Of a DNA stretch of 64,000 nt, positions 35,265 through 48,660 are shown piece by piece. Positions within the stretch are counted from its first letter, which is position 1, and every line of letters begins with the position of its first letter. Below the pieces are notes generated by a model. It did no database searches, was not told the origin of the DNA, and saw only the letters and a list, made by a program, of their open reading frames with translations. Origin of the DNA: Hydrurus foetidus (taxonomy: Eukaryota); assembly GCA_900617105.1 (NCBI GenBank), contig UYFQ01000611.1, forward strand, positions 1 to 64,000, written 5' to 3'. Made by a program: the position numbers and the translations under genes.

Positions 35265-36988
35265 ATGCTTCTTCTGTTCGAGACCTCCGCGGGGTATGCG
35301 CTTTTCAAAGTGCTGAAGCCGGGGAAGCTAGCTGAAACTGATAAAATATGGGAGGATTTCCAAACTGCAGACCGCGCCGCAGGTGTCGTGAAACTGCAAG
35401 CCTTTGCGCCATTCGGTAACACAACCGAGGCTGTAGTAGCCGCAACGAGCATAATTGAGAGCACTTTGGATAAATCATTGAAGAAATTTCTCAAGAAAAA
35501 TGTTACATCGAAGGAGATTGCCGACGAGCTAGCAGTGTCAGACATTAAACTGGGAGGCCTCATTAAGGAGAAGCTTGACATTCAATGCGTCTGCAACGAC
35601 TCTGTTATGGAATTGTTTCGCGGCGTCCGTACTCAGATGGAGAGTCTTCTTGGAGGCGCCGAAGACACTGGAGCAATGAAAGCAATGCAGCTCGGCTTAT
35701 CCCACTCGTTATCAAGATATAAGCTTAAATTTTCCGCTGACAAAGTGGACATCATGATTGTGCAGGCCATTGGTTTATTAGACGATCTTGACAAGGAAAT
35801 CAATATCTACGCGATGAGAGTAAGAGAGTGGTACGGCTGGCACTTTCCGGAGATGGCAAAGATCATGAACGACAATATGTTCTACGCAAAATGCGTCCAA
35901 AGAATGGGAATGAGAACAAATTGCAAAAACTGCGACTTCAGTGATATATTGGGAGACGACACCATGGAGGAGACACTGAAGAGAACTGCTGAGACATCCA
36001 TGGGAACTGAAATATCCGAGTCTGATCTGGTGAACATCGTATCGCTGTGCATGCAGGTTGTTTCCCTGTCGGAATACAGATTGCAGCTGTTTGAGTATCT
36101 TCGGAATCGTATGGCAGCCATCGCACCAAATCTTACAGTGGTAAGTCGTACTTCTAATAAGCACTTGAAATCTACCACTCTTAACCATACCGTGCATTCA
36201 AACGCTGAACCCTGTATATTAATCTTCAACTTCAACATCAGATGGTCGGTGAGCTTGTGGGAGCCCGTCTAATTGCCCATGCAGGCAGTTTACTCAATCT
36301 GGCCAAGCACCCCGCCTCTACCATTCAGATTTTGGGTGCTGAGAAAGCCCTTTTCAGAGCTCTAAAGACGAAACACGACACGCCTAAGTACGGTCTCATC
36401 TACCACGCCTCCCTCATCGGTCAGGCAGCCCCCAAGAACAAGGGAAAGATTAGTAGAGTGCTAGCGGCAAAGACAGCCTTGGCAATCAGAGTTGACGCAA
36501 TGGGCGACAACACTGGCCCTACCATCGCCATTGAGAACAAGATCAAGGTGGAGGCGCGAATCAGACAGCTGGAAGGGGGTCAGAAAGCGAGCATGGCATC
36601 GAACGGTGCCAAGACGCCAAACACTCCTAAATACGACTCTGCTGCTGCTAGAGCCCTCGCTCCTCCTAAGTTCAATGATGCCTCCGACGTAGTCATGAAG
36701 TCGGAGAAGAAGGAGAAGAAGAAGGCAGCGCCTGAAGCGGACGAAGAAGATGTACCTAAGAAAAAGAGTAAGAAGGACAAAGAAGTAGTTGAAGAAGTCG
36801 CAGTAGCAGACGGGGAGAAGAAGAAAAAGAAGAAGGAAGCCGCCGCAGTAGAGGAGGTAGTGGTTGAGGAGACTCCTAAAAAGAAGAGCAAGAAGAATAA
36901 AGAAGTAGCGGCAGAAGAGGAGGAGGCAGTGGTTGAAGATGGAGAAGGGAAGAAAAAGAAGAAGAAGAAGGACAAGAGTTCTGAGTAG
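35265..36988 (+). CDS. NOP58: Nucleolar box C/D snoRNP protein NOP58; exons 35265-36140 and 36242-36988
   Basis: [78 protein letters not shown], and a KKE-rich tail. Confidence 0.93.
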
Positions 36989-37931
36989 TCACTTTCTCTG
37001 CCCTCTATTATGCCATCTTAACTAATATTATCTAGTTTAGCCCGAATGACTCGATCGATCCGAGTCGTGTTGTATGTATGTAGTGAAAATTATAATTATG
37101 GTAACTTGGACCTGCCACTTATACTTTATCTTGTAGACCGCATATCCATCAGTCTCCATACTGAACACCCTAAAATGGTGCTGGCCTTTTATTCTATCTT
37201 CTAGGCGACACCATGTGTGATGATCGTCAGCACATTCCGGACGGAACAAACCGACTTTAGTATGAGATAAGAAGCAATCCAAGAGCAGAGAAATATTTCG
37301 AAGATAAAGCATTCTTCTTACGTCATTTACACAGGTGAAAATACAAGTAGTAAATAAATAGAGTAGCAATACGGTACAACTCAATGCAGGGCAGCGTACA
37401 GCTCGAGACAGTGCAATTTGACGTGTGAGTTCTTCGTTGTTTTCCTCAAGTCACAAGTGCATGAGGTATGAGGGTGAAGGAGAAGAGAGAAGAACTCCGG
37501 TGTGAAGCAGAAGAGTGAAGTGAAGTGACGCTATGCACGGAAGGGACGTTTGAATCGTGAAAGTAGAAGAGAGGAGTGCAGTGTGTTACATGAGGTCATC
37601 ACATCTCAAGAGGCTCGACAGAGATTGTACAGTACATATACACATTGCCAACAAGTATAGTAAATTGAGCGAAGGGGAGGTAACGTCAATCACAAATAGA
37701 CACCCTTCTTCGATATAACGACAGATACACTCTGCACTCTCGCAGAACAACCATATCTCTTTCTCTCTCTCACACATAGATACCACAATCAGTACGTATC
37801 AGTAGAGATGGTCAGCACAGTACCACCGCACACCACCTCAGTGCAGTGAGTCTGAGCGCAGGTATGCGTCAGTCCAGATTGTAACCTGACCTGACCTAAC
37901 CTTACTGGATCTGACCGTATCTAACCGGATG

Positions 37932-40900
37932 TTACCGACTTTTAACGTGTTCTTCGGCCGGTTCCACGATGAGATCAGGTACCACCTCTCCTTTAAGGGA
38001 AATCAAAGGTAACTCCCCATCTAGATAGACTGATACAGGTGAATCGGTTGACTCACTCAGCAGATCCTCCGCCCCTCCTATCATGCCGTTCATGCTCGCT
38101 TTGCTCGCCTTTTCTTTGACTGCATTTCTTTCATTGAGAATGCGTGTGATGCGTGTGTATTCGTGCATCTCCACTTCTTCTTCTTGTCTCTCCTGCTCTT
38201 CTGTCCCGTCCCAAGAGCTCTCCTTCGTGTACATGTCATAGTAGCTCTCTTTATCTCTACTCTCCTTCTCCTTCTTCTCCCCAGACACCTTCTTATCAAA
38301 CGTATACTTCCCAGGTGTTGCTGCATTGTTCACGCGAATCGATGTAAGAAAATCAAATGTGTCATCGGGGAATGAGTTTTCCTCGAAATTCTGCCTCCTG
38401 AAATCGTTCAGAATAGCATCCACTTCTGGCTTGCTCATTCCCAAGGAACGCAGCACTGTCCCCCCAAAGGGGAGAACGAGAAGTACAGAATCTTCAGGGA
38501 GTACGGGAGCCATCACATAGATATTGTCTGGGATAAATGAGGGAGATAAGCGTGTGAGAAAAAGAGAAAGGATGAATAGGGAAGAGAGAGGAGGGTACGA
38601 GGAAGAAAAGGAAGAGCAACGAAGCATCAGGAGGAACATAAGTGAGGAAGAGTAGAGAGGAACGATTAAGAAAAGAGAGGATCAGAGAGTAGGATTAGAA
38701 GGCAAAGTCGAGCAGAGGGGAGAGAACAGTATAGACGACAACGGGTGCGCGGGAACAACAAAATATTCAGAGCTAAAAGCATAACGATTTAAGTGACAAC
38801 GCACAAGTGTATCAGTCGTGCCCAACGAGTGAGAATCAAGAAGTTGCACAAACAAAGTAGTTCAATAGAATGTAATACTAACTTACCGAACATCTTCTCC
38901 AGTCTCTGCTTGTGCTGGCTGTCCTGAGCTTTTACTAGAAGGGGGAGGTCAGGGTACATCTTTCGTACGTTTATCACGGCCTGTACGGACAAGTGGAACA
39001 GTTGTGAGGGAGAAGGATCAATAGAAGAAGGGTTGAGATTTGAGATAGGATGGGTGAGAGGTGGAGGGAGAGGAGAAGGAGAGAAGAATGAAGTGGATAT
39101 GAGGCTGGGAATGAGAAGTATACGAGCGACATGCCGATACAATTGTGCTCTTTACTCTCGCACCCTCGATAGGCAATGCACAGGATGCCAGTCGATACTC
39201 TAATATACTGATTCGAAGCCAACCGTCATGAAGAAGCAATAAGTTCAACACTGTCACGGAGGAAACGCTAAAGCATGGTAAGATATAGGAGTGTGGTGTG
39301 GGGCCTCATAAGAAGTGCTACGAGATGTAGTGTGGTGTGGGGCCTCATAAGAAGTGCTACGAGATGTAGTGTAGTGTGGGGCCTCATAAGAAGTGCTACG
39401 AGATGTAGTGTGGTGTGGCGCGTGGTGTGGGGTACCTTGTTAGTGGCAGCTTTGTCGTCTATAGCGAACACTACCGCTCTTGCCCGACCAACGTCGAAGT
39501 TGCGCAGAACTTCCGGTCTGTTAATATCACCTGCAAGAAAAGGAATGAAGCGAAGGTAAGAGTAGGGAGAGGGAAAAGAATGGAGGGGTAGGTAAGGAGA
39601 GGCAGAGGAAACGGTAGGATAGAGAAGAGGCAGAATGAGGGGTGTAGTGCATTGCATTGCAGCTGTGAGAGGTCTTGGTCGAGTTCAAAGATTACACACA
39701 GCCACCAAAAAAGAAAAGACATCAACTACACTACATTCAGAGCAGTTTCGTCCCAACACCATTTTTAGTTATGCTCATATTCTTCTCAAGGAGTAGTCGA
39801 TAATACCGGATCTTACCGTAGAACACCGGTAGCCCCTTCCCTCTCGCCTCTATTGCTTTACCAGGCGAGCCGTCAAGAGCGATGTAGCGCACTGGCAGTC
39901 TGTCGAGCATGTCGCACACCATCTTGCCAACACGACCATATCCTATCATTGCAAGGGGAAGGAGAAGGAGAACGTAGGGGATGAGTAGGAGAAGAATAGA
40001 AAATAGTAGAGTTAGTTGCTTAATTAGTAAGCTAGAAAAGAAGTGAGAAAAGAAGAAGGCATAGAGGGAATCAAGGAAGGAAAAGTCGCAAAAGTGGGAG
40101 GAGAATGGCTCTCACAGTGGCATCGTAAGAGTTCAAGCACAAATACGAGAGCGAAAAGGGAGGGTGACGAGATGCTATGCAAGCGTATGACAATCATTTT
40201 GTTGTCATGACGGACATCGTGATAAGTCAGTGCTCTGCTCTGCTTTGTGCAAAGTCATTACAATAGATGAAATGACATCATGTCATTTGTCTAATTTGAT
40301 CAACTACGATTAAATGTGATCAGCATCAATCAATACAAACGCTGATTGTCTTCTTTGCGAACACTCAAGCCCATCTCTTTCTATTGAGAAGTTGCGGCAA
40401 TGCCCTAATGTTCTCCTATCGGACAGTTTACTACTCACTGTTCTTCTATCAGTTACCTGCTACTAGCACGAAGTCTTTTGACTCGCTCTTCATTTCTTTC
40501 GCGTCCTTATCTTGGCCCAGATAATGAGTCAGTCCTGAAGACAAGAGCATTAAATCAACGAGTCCATCAGTCTCTCGGTTAGTCAGCGTATCAGTCAGTC
40601 ACTCAGCTAGTGTAACGGTCATGCAACACGACAGCCGTAATGTCAGAGTAGAGCACATTCTCATTATCCCAACCCACCTCTGCCCTCTTCTATTTTCTTC
40701 GCTATAATAGTGCCCACTTCTGCCAGCATGGGTGTGGCCGCCATGGAGAGAGCAACAGTGGTTAGAAGCAACTTGCACAGGGCAGGATCGACTAAACTGC
40801 TACGCTCTGCGATCCCTAGAGCGACAAAAGCGAATTCTCCTATGGTACAAGAGTAGAGGGAGAGGAGGTGAGGGGATGAAAACGTGAAAGGGAGAAGGAA

Positions 40901-43900
40901 ATGAGAGGGGTGCATTAGAAAAGGGGGAATGAGTGAAAGGGTGTAGAGAGAGAGAGGAAAAAAAGGGTGTGACACGATGTGATGGAAAAGGAGAGTGTAG
41001 AGGATGAATGGAAGAGGAGTGCTCACAGTTGTACCATACGGTGTGTAGGGCTTCAGAGAGAAAATATGATGGCAAAAAAATCACTAGGAATCATCTATGC
41101 CAGGTGACGGATAATCAACAGTAACAGTGGGCATGAAGAGGTTTCTATTGTATGGAGAACGCACCTCCTTGGGCGAGTAGCAGTCCGCTTAACTGAGAGT
41201 TAGCAAATGAGATTCCGAAAGCGAGGGAGAGAGTAGTGATGATCGCTGCCTTGCCGATGATGAGGGAGGCCAGCATCGCGGATATCTTAGGTGCCTCCTT
41301 CACGATCATCGCTGCAACAGAGGAGAAAAGGAGGAAGTGATTGAGGATGGGAGGAAGGAGAAAAAAGGATTTGAATGGTAAGACGGGTGTGCTGTGCGTG
41401 TGACGATGAGCTGAAGAGAGGAAGAGGGCGATGAATACGAAGCTGAAAAAAGTTTCGACAGTCTGTCGCAGATGAGATTGAGATGAGATTGTAACAGTCG
41501 CATCAGGCATATCTCTTCAATAATCAGCCGTATTTCATGACTGATTAGCATTTTTTTCCAGTAACTAGCCCTTTTTTCACCAATTAGCCTTATAAAACCG
41601 TACCTAGATCGATATTAAATCCCACAGTGATAAAGAAGAATCCTAACAGAAGCCCTCTGAAGGGTGCAATGTCCGCCTCGATCTGGTACTTGTACTTGGT
41701 CTCTGCTAAGAGTAGACCAGCGAGGAATGCGCCCAGAGTGTTAGACAGCCCGATGCCTGTGTGTGCAGATATTAAGGGGAAGGAGGCGAAGGGGGAGGGA
41801 GGGAGGGGGGGAGGTGAGAAGGGGGGGAGGGAGGTGAGAAGAGGGGAGGAGGGAGGAAGAAGTGGAGAATCGTAGAGTAAGCCAGCATGTTTCCTGTTTA
41901 TCCATCCATCCATTCTGCACTAGATGGACAGACTGCACTAGTTTACGCATAAGAGCAGTGACTTACCTTGAGTGACGAAGGACATCAGCAAGACAGTGGT
42001 TAGAATGATAGACAAGAACGCCTCGTGTGACCGACTTTTAGCCACATAGTAGAAGATCGGATTGAGCAGTTTCTTCCCGGCAATACCCATTACAGAAAGC
42101 GTAAACAGTGCTTTCACGCCTTGAAGGAATCAAGGAAAAAGGAAGAGAAAAAAACCCGAGTGAGATGACCATTAACATCTCAATACATGCTGCTGTTCAT
42201 GCACTACATTGCAATATACCACAACGCACTACACTACAACACAGTAATATAAGAGTACAGTACAGTACAACACAACATTATACAATACACTACAATTCTA
42301 CAACACATCGTTCTCCAGATACAGCATATACAATACACTACAACACATTGCACCACACATACCTGCTATCGACAACGCTTTGCCCAGCCCTGTACCTCCC
42401 TTCGCTAAAAGTTCCACAACAACTAATAGCGGTACTACGGCCAGATCCTGTAAAAGAAGGATGCCGAAAGACGCCTTGCCATGCCTTGTACCCATGGAGT
42501 CCTTATCCTTCAACAGCTGGAGCACAAAAGCAGAGGAGGAGAGAGATAAACTGCCTCCTATCGTTACTGCAGCTGCTGTTGGTAGACCGAATGCCATAGA
42601 GACGCCTGACACCACTGCGGCTGTTACGAGGAACTGGGAGGTACCCAGTCCGAATACGTCTTTCTTCATGGCGTTTAATCGAGCTACGGACAATTCTAAA
42701 CCCATTTCGAACAAGAAAAACACGATACCCAGCTCACCTACACATTATCACATAGAAGAAAGGAGTTAATGTGAATATTGTACTAATTATTCGGTCTGAG
42801 AAGTCTCGTGAATTTACTGCTTAACTCAGCTACATCTAATATGTAACAGAACGTTTCTATCATTGTAATAAGCATTCATGCACTGTATAACAATATTTGC
42901 ATGTGTGTAGAACAGGTGTTGCTGGCCTGAGAGAGATAATGTGTGTCTATTGAAAGTACGCAGATAAGATAATTTAAGATAATTTAGATGTAACAATGTA
43001 ACCTATCAACAAGCAGAGCAGCAACTATTTTATTGGGCAGTAAAGTAACAACACTGTGCAGGAAAAAATCAGAAAAAATTAACGCTTCAATGTTATCAGT
43101 ACTGAACTCTATCACGTAGAATTCAATTGAATGCAGTGCATATCATCATATCACATGATGCGTTTGTTGCTGATTCTTCATGAAGAACTTACCTAGCACA
43201 TCGATTGTGTGTACGTCATGAATAGCTCCCAGACAAGAAGGGCCCAGTAAGGTCCCCATGAGTAGAAAGCCCAGAATAGGGGAGAGATTGAGATGCTTGA
43301 AAACAGGAATGATCGTGCTGGTCACCATGAGCATTATCAGAGTGTCTAATTTCGCACCTGTGTGTAGAGTGAAGGTGATGGCGTAGATTAGTGGTTTGCA
43401 ATGTATCATAGAGTAGGTAATACTGAGTGCTTTGTTGTGTGTGAGGAGATTATTGTGCCAGTCAGTCATTGCACGTCTGACAGCGATACTTGTAATCATG
43501 GTGAAATTCATATCGAAGACATTATGAATATGTCATGAAAGCAATTTCACACCGATAACACACCATACTTACACCATCAAACAGTCAGTTATGTAATTAG
43601 TTCGTTTACAATTACTCAAAACTCCCTAACATCCAACAACAGCAAACAGAAGGTTTGATGACAAATAATACAGACAACTTAACACTAGTAATAGAGATTA
43701 TTCAGCACAAATAAGAAATTAGATCTTATGCAATACTAACCCTTCAAGCTATCAGCTAGTCCATGCAAAGATCTCTTAAACTCCCTCTGCGCTTCTTCTT
43801 TCAGAACAACACTGCCACTCTTCTGTTTCTTAGAAGACTTCGGAATCTTAATCTTAGAGGCACTGCTCTCTTTTTTAAGAATAGCTTGTTTAGGTGTAGA

Positions 43901-44725
43901 GGGAGGAGTGGGTGTGCGGGTAGCAGCACTTGCAGTAGCCACTATCTGCGCCTCACTACTACTATATTTCATTCCTCTTATTTGTTTCTGTGTGTTGGAG
44001 ATAACAAATTCAACTTCGACATTCTTTTTCTTATTATCCTCTTTACTAAATCGTTCCGATTCTTTTTCGCCTAGGTTTCTCTTCCGTGAAGTTGCCAACT
44101 TCGAAACACTCGCATTATTTGCATCAGCTTTTTTAACATGTCCCACACCCATAGTTGAACATATGAATAATAACGTTAGGAGGAATCTGCATTTGCGCGG
44201 AATGTTCCGAAGCCATTGGGGCGTTCTGTCGAATGTTCTTGAGAAGAAGTTTCCAATCTTTGTCTGATTTCAGCAGAGAGAACAGAAGATGATAAGTCAG
44301 GGGAGCATAGTATACATATTGATTGTTAAGAGACCTCCACATCAGATACTTCTGAAAGAATATCTGAATGACCATACATTGTCATCAAGCAACACGTCGT
44401 AATCACCGGACACCATGGATTCATAATTTTGCGCACGAAATTAAAGCGGAACAACAGTTATGGTACTCGCTGTCCTCACCAGTGTATGTGGAAGAGACAG
44501 CTTCCTTTTGATATCTCCGTGACGGCTTTCTTGATGAGTGCGAAGGGAGGGGTCTACTGAGTGGCATGCTGAAGATGTGCAATACAGTGGCTCATTCGTT
44601 GGACGGAGTGTGATTAATCCTTTTTGATGACGCTGATTGATGTGAAGTTTGGTCGTTGAATATGTGAATCCACTGCAGCCCACACAAAGAACACAAAGCG
44701 TATAGATCGAGCTGAGCATCATCAT
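37932..44725 (-). CDS. KEA/KefC-type (CPA2) K+/H+ antiporter with a TrkA-N (KTN) domain, probably plastid-targeted (KEA3-like); multi-exon
   Basis: [91 protein letters not shown]. The first exon has a hydrophobic signal ending CSG-F. The 5' exon assignment is less certain. Confidence 0.88.
39290..39430. repeat. 39-bp minisatellite (about 3.5 copies) at the 5' end of an antiporter intron
   Basis: Unit gtgtggtgtggggcctcataagaagtgctacgagatgta. Confidence 0.9.
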
Positions 44726-45472
44726 GACGAAAACAATAAGAGATACAGCTGCACTACAGGCTGTCTACTTTCCAAAATCACGGTCTAAAGTATGGATTGA
44801 TGAGTCTTCGTGTTTTCTGCGGAGCTTCCTCACTCTACAGTGCAAGTCAGGCGGAATTTCTGGACGACAGTCCCAATACTATTGCAAACTTCCTCCATGA
44901 TGACGGCTTTTTCCTCCTACAACAAATAACCTCCAGGACAGTTGATTTCCGAGGGGATTCTGTGTGAACTTCAATGACAGGTTTGGAGTTGAGCTACAAG
45001 TGACACAATACGTCGCTTCGTCCTTCGTCTGAAGGAATGGGAATCGGGAATCGGGAATGTGAAATACGTACAATTGATAAATAATACGTATGTACAAAAG
45101 TAAACACGTACAGCATCGTACGAACGCTAAGGAACATTCTGACCGTCTTTCAGCGTGAACTGTTCTCAGTTCCCCATATACTATGACCGGAGGTAAAGGA
45201 TTTCTACCGTAATCCGTTCTCACGATAAGGAACACGCTGAGTTTATACAAGCGAAGAAATTTCGTGAGAAATGTGACAGCTGCATAATTGCGGGAAAAGA
45301 AACTATTTTATTTTATTTTTAAATATGAAAACATTGTACTCGTAGACTCAGTAATCCAATTCTAAGAAAAAAAATCACGGAGAGACTTCTACATCCTCTA
45401 TTAAGCTGTCCTAGTACGCACAGTTAGAAAACGAATGTAAAAAGAAAAAGTAATGTACTTAATATCTCACAA

Positions 45473-48277
45473 CTAACTGTTTTCGACCATAACATTCTTT
45501 ACAAATCTGCTTCGGTGTTTATTCTTTTTAAGAACAAGGCTGTCTAAAGCAGAAAGAGTAGAAGCGGCCTTATACTTCTGAATACTCTCAAAATCAAGAA
45601 ATCCACCCACTCTCTCACCCCCTCCACCCTCTACCGTATGGTCTCCAGATACGGCCAACAAGGGGGATATTGAACGGCTAGAATACGCGCTTGAAGGTGC
45701 TGTAGGAATAAGTGGTGGAGATCCCTGAAAAACCTTTAATTTTAGTTTTTCCTCCAACCTTGCCCTTTCAAGATAAGAATTCTTCCTAGTTGGGGAATAT
45801 TCCGCAGAATGTCTTTGTTCTGAAGAACTTTCCTCAGGAGGTGTCAGGGATTGAGAATCTTCTGTCCGTGTGGTATCACTAGAGGAGGATGGAGGAGAGA
45901 GAACAAGAGCATCATGGTGACGTGGTGCATAGCCTGTACATGACTCAGCAGTGTACGGTGTCATTTGCCTCGCATCCGTCGAAAGCGAAACTGCTCTACC
46001 TCTTGTAGCATAATCACTAGAGCTGACTGATGGGAGGGAGACAGAGTGGTGCATTGATGCATACGCAGTGTTGTACGGTCTGATAGATTCAGTGAGGGTC
46101 GCATGGAGGTGCACCACACCTGTTGCCCTCAAGGGACTTAATTGCAGGGAATGTGCGTCTCGGTATTCCCCTGGACTGGATGGACTGTCCTTTGAACTCT
46201 CCTCATCCCCCTCATCCTCTTCCCCATCGCTATTCTCATCTTCCTCATCTGCATTCTTTTGAGCATGCACTTGCTCTCCCCTCGCACCCTCCATCTCGTA
46301 TGGCTGATTGGAATGTACAGGTCTTAATGACACTGAGCGAGATTGAGATTGAGATTGGGAATGATCCAATTGCATAGGAGTGAGACAGCTGGAGTGTCTC
46401 TTTGTCGGATTTTCCACAGAGCGCACCTCATCCTCTGAATGTACGTCTACAACATTCTCGGAATTTTCTAGATCCACGATCCTCTCCACTAAACCCTGTT
46501 GATCTGTCTGTATGCCAAGCACCACTCCTTGCAATCTCTGCACTACCTCTCCTAACATAGCTCCTTCCAGAGAAATCCGGTTGTTACGGCCAATTATGTC
46601 GGACCACCCGGCTTTCACGGCTTCTTCAATTTCCGATTGAATACGCGATAACTCTTGGTCCAACATAACTTTTGATATGAAAGTTGAAGATGATGGTGTT
46701 GAGACGTCAGTGGCAGTAAGAGCACGTGTGGGAGGTATGGTTGGAGATGCATCTCTAGATGGCTGAGATTCGAGGGATGCTAATCGTGAGTGTATTCCAA
46801 TGAGAATGTTCTTTAGATCTCCGGGTAGCTCACTGTCCTTTGCTTTCGCATTGACTTCCAGCAGAAGGGTCTCAACCGCTTGTCTGATGCGAGATACTGA
46901 CGACATACCAGCACTCAGTTCGTTTAATTTGCTCTTTATCTTCCTGTGGGAGTCGCTCAATGATTCGAATGCTACTGATGAGGCGGCTTGGTGGTCGCTT
47001 ATTACAGCTTTGACATCTCGCATCTCCGCTCTTAGCTGCTTGATCGCAGATTCATATGAAGTGTTACTCTCCCCTCTATTGACTGTCATTCTAGCGTCTA
47101 TGTCAGTCATACGGCTGCGAAGAGATACAGCCATTGAAATGGCTTCAAGAGAAGTACCAGAGGCGTCTTGTATCTTAGAACTCATCTCTTCATACAGCGC
47201 TTCAACACTGACAACTCTCTCTATCAGAGCTTTCGTCCGTGTCTCAATAGCTCCAGATTGCTGAAATCCCTGATTTATGTTTATGCTCAAGTAGTCGTTC
47301 ATTCTCTTTCCCACAGTGTCCATGACATTACCCATTTCGAGTTTATAAGAGCTGATGGCCCGTTTGTGCGCCTCTTCTGCCCTCTTTTCTCGGAGACCTG
47401 CTGCATCCTTGAGAATATGGTAGCTGCTGTCGATGCTATCCTGCCTACCCTTTAGCCTAGCAAACTCAGATATTATTCTTTTCATTTCTTTTTCAACAGC
47501 TGGAATGGTTTCTGTTTCACAGCGTCGATTTTCAATTTTAAGTCGATCACTCTCCGCTGCTGCTTTTTCTGCCCATCGCGCCAAAAATTGTGCCTGATCG
47601 GCAGTGCATTTGTGCACTACTTCTTTCATTGTCAGCTTGAAGTAGTTCTTGACGGCTTCTGTTACCTCCTCCACATCTACGGCAAGAGTGCGAGGAGATT
47701 TGTTTTCTAACTCTGATGCTGCATCCTTTTTCTTGCTCTCAACTGTGAGGTACTGGATGTTATTCTTTAGCATGGCGATAGTCTCTCTCATTGACGATAT
47801 TTGTTTCTGATCAGCAGCCTGAGCATCTGCAATATGCCTTACGGCGTTCATTGTATCCGATGAAAAATTTCGATAGTCCACTTTCTCTTTCTCGCATGCT
47901 TTCATTTTCTCATCGATCAATTTCGTTTTCCGAAAAACGAAATCTATTTTTCTCTCCATAGCGGCAGCTGGAGACATGTCATTAACTTTATTTGAATTTG
48001 TTGTGGTCGATAGCCTTGATGCTGATAATGATCTGGGTTTGGGTCCGGTTTGGAGAGGTAAAATTCTACTCAAATGCGACTGCAACATTTCCTTCGACCT
48101 TCGCATCTCGGCGAACTTAACAATATCATCATCAGCTTGAGAAACAGCGGCATCTAAATGATCCTCCCATATGCGTGCTGATAGCACTCCACGTTCACCA
48201 TGTCTGACTGAGGCGCCATACGGATAACAATTGTTCTCGTGATCATCGAGTTCATTTGATGGCATATACAGGCTCAT
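45473..48277 (-). CDS. Intronless 934-aa hypothetical protein with a long coiled-coil N-terminal half and a disordered S/E-rich C-terminal half
   Basis: Uninterrupted 2.8-kb ORF with heptad-like E/K/R/L composition; no family recognised. Confidence 0.8.
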   Translation of the reverse strand: MSLYMPSNELDDHENNCYPYGASVRHGERGVLSARIWEDHLDAAVSQADDDIVKFAEMRRSKEMLQSHLSRILPLQTGPKPRSLSASRLSTTTNSNKVNDMSPAAAMERKIDFVFRKTKLIDEKMKACEKEKVDYRNFSSDTMNAVRHIADAQAADQKQISSMRETIAMLKNNIQYLTVESKKKDAASELENKSPRTLAVDVEEVTEAVKNYFKLTMKEVVHKCTADQAQFLARWAEKAAAESDRLKIENRRCETETIPAVEKEMKRIISEFARLKGRQDSIDSSYHILKDAAGLREKRAEEAHKRAISSYKLEMGNVMDTVGKRMNDYLSININQGFQQSGAIETRTKALIERVVSVEALYEEMSSKIQDASGTSLEAISMAVSLRSRMTDIDARMTVNRGESNTSYESAIKQLRAEMRDVKAVISDHQAASSVAFESLSDSHRKIKSKLNELSAGMSSVSRIRQAVETLLLEVNAKAKDSELPGDLKNILIGIHSRLASLESQPSRDASPTIPPTRALTATDVSTPSSSTFISKVMLDQELSRIQSEIEEAVKAGWSDIIGRNNRISLEGAMLGEVVQRLQGVVLGIQTDQQGLVERIVDLENSENVVDVHSEDEVRSVENPTKRHSSCLTPMQLDHSQSQSQSRSVSLRPVHSNQPYEMEGARGEQVHAQKNADEEDENSDGEEDEGDEESSKDSPSSPGEYRDAHSLQLSPLRATGVVHLHATLTESIRPYNTAYASMHHSVSLPSVSSSDYATRGRAVSLSTDARQMTPYTAESCTGYAPRHHDALVLSPPSSSSDTTRTEDSQSLTPPEESSSEQRHSAEYSPTRKNSYLERARLEEKLKLKVFQGSPPLIPTAPSSAYSSRSISPLLAVSGDHTVEGGGGERVGGFLDFESIQKYKAASTLSALDSLVLKKNKHRSRFVKNVMVENS

Positions 48278-48660
48278 GGTCACACTGCTCCCTCACAACT
48301 ACGCTTTTATCTCAACCTGCAAGATTTAAAATATGTTTTTCTTTGTCAACGAAGTGGTATCCTATATCAACTGTAGATTAACTATACGTAGCAGACTACG
48401 GTACTTCGTCTGGACTTATTAAAAAAGTAACGGACATATTATTTTCACTTTCCAACAAAAGACAGAAGACGAAAACTTGAAGTTTTCGTGCTTCGTAATC
48501 TTTCATTTCTCTGGAAGGTGCATGAATTTTCTTTTCATTTTTTCATGCTCGATGTCACCACCACTTTGAAAGCTTCGTAGGAATACCAACCCAATAGCTC
48601 TTCAATAGTGCTTCGTAGCTGTGTACATCAATTCAAAATTTCCTTCATCGTTATCACAGC

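Noticed and set aside
36141..36241. Intronic snoRNA in NOP58
   Set aside because: No box C (RUGAUGA) or convincing H/ACA layout in this 101-nt intron.
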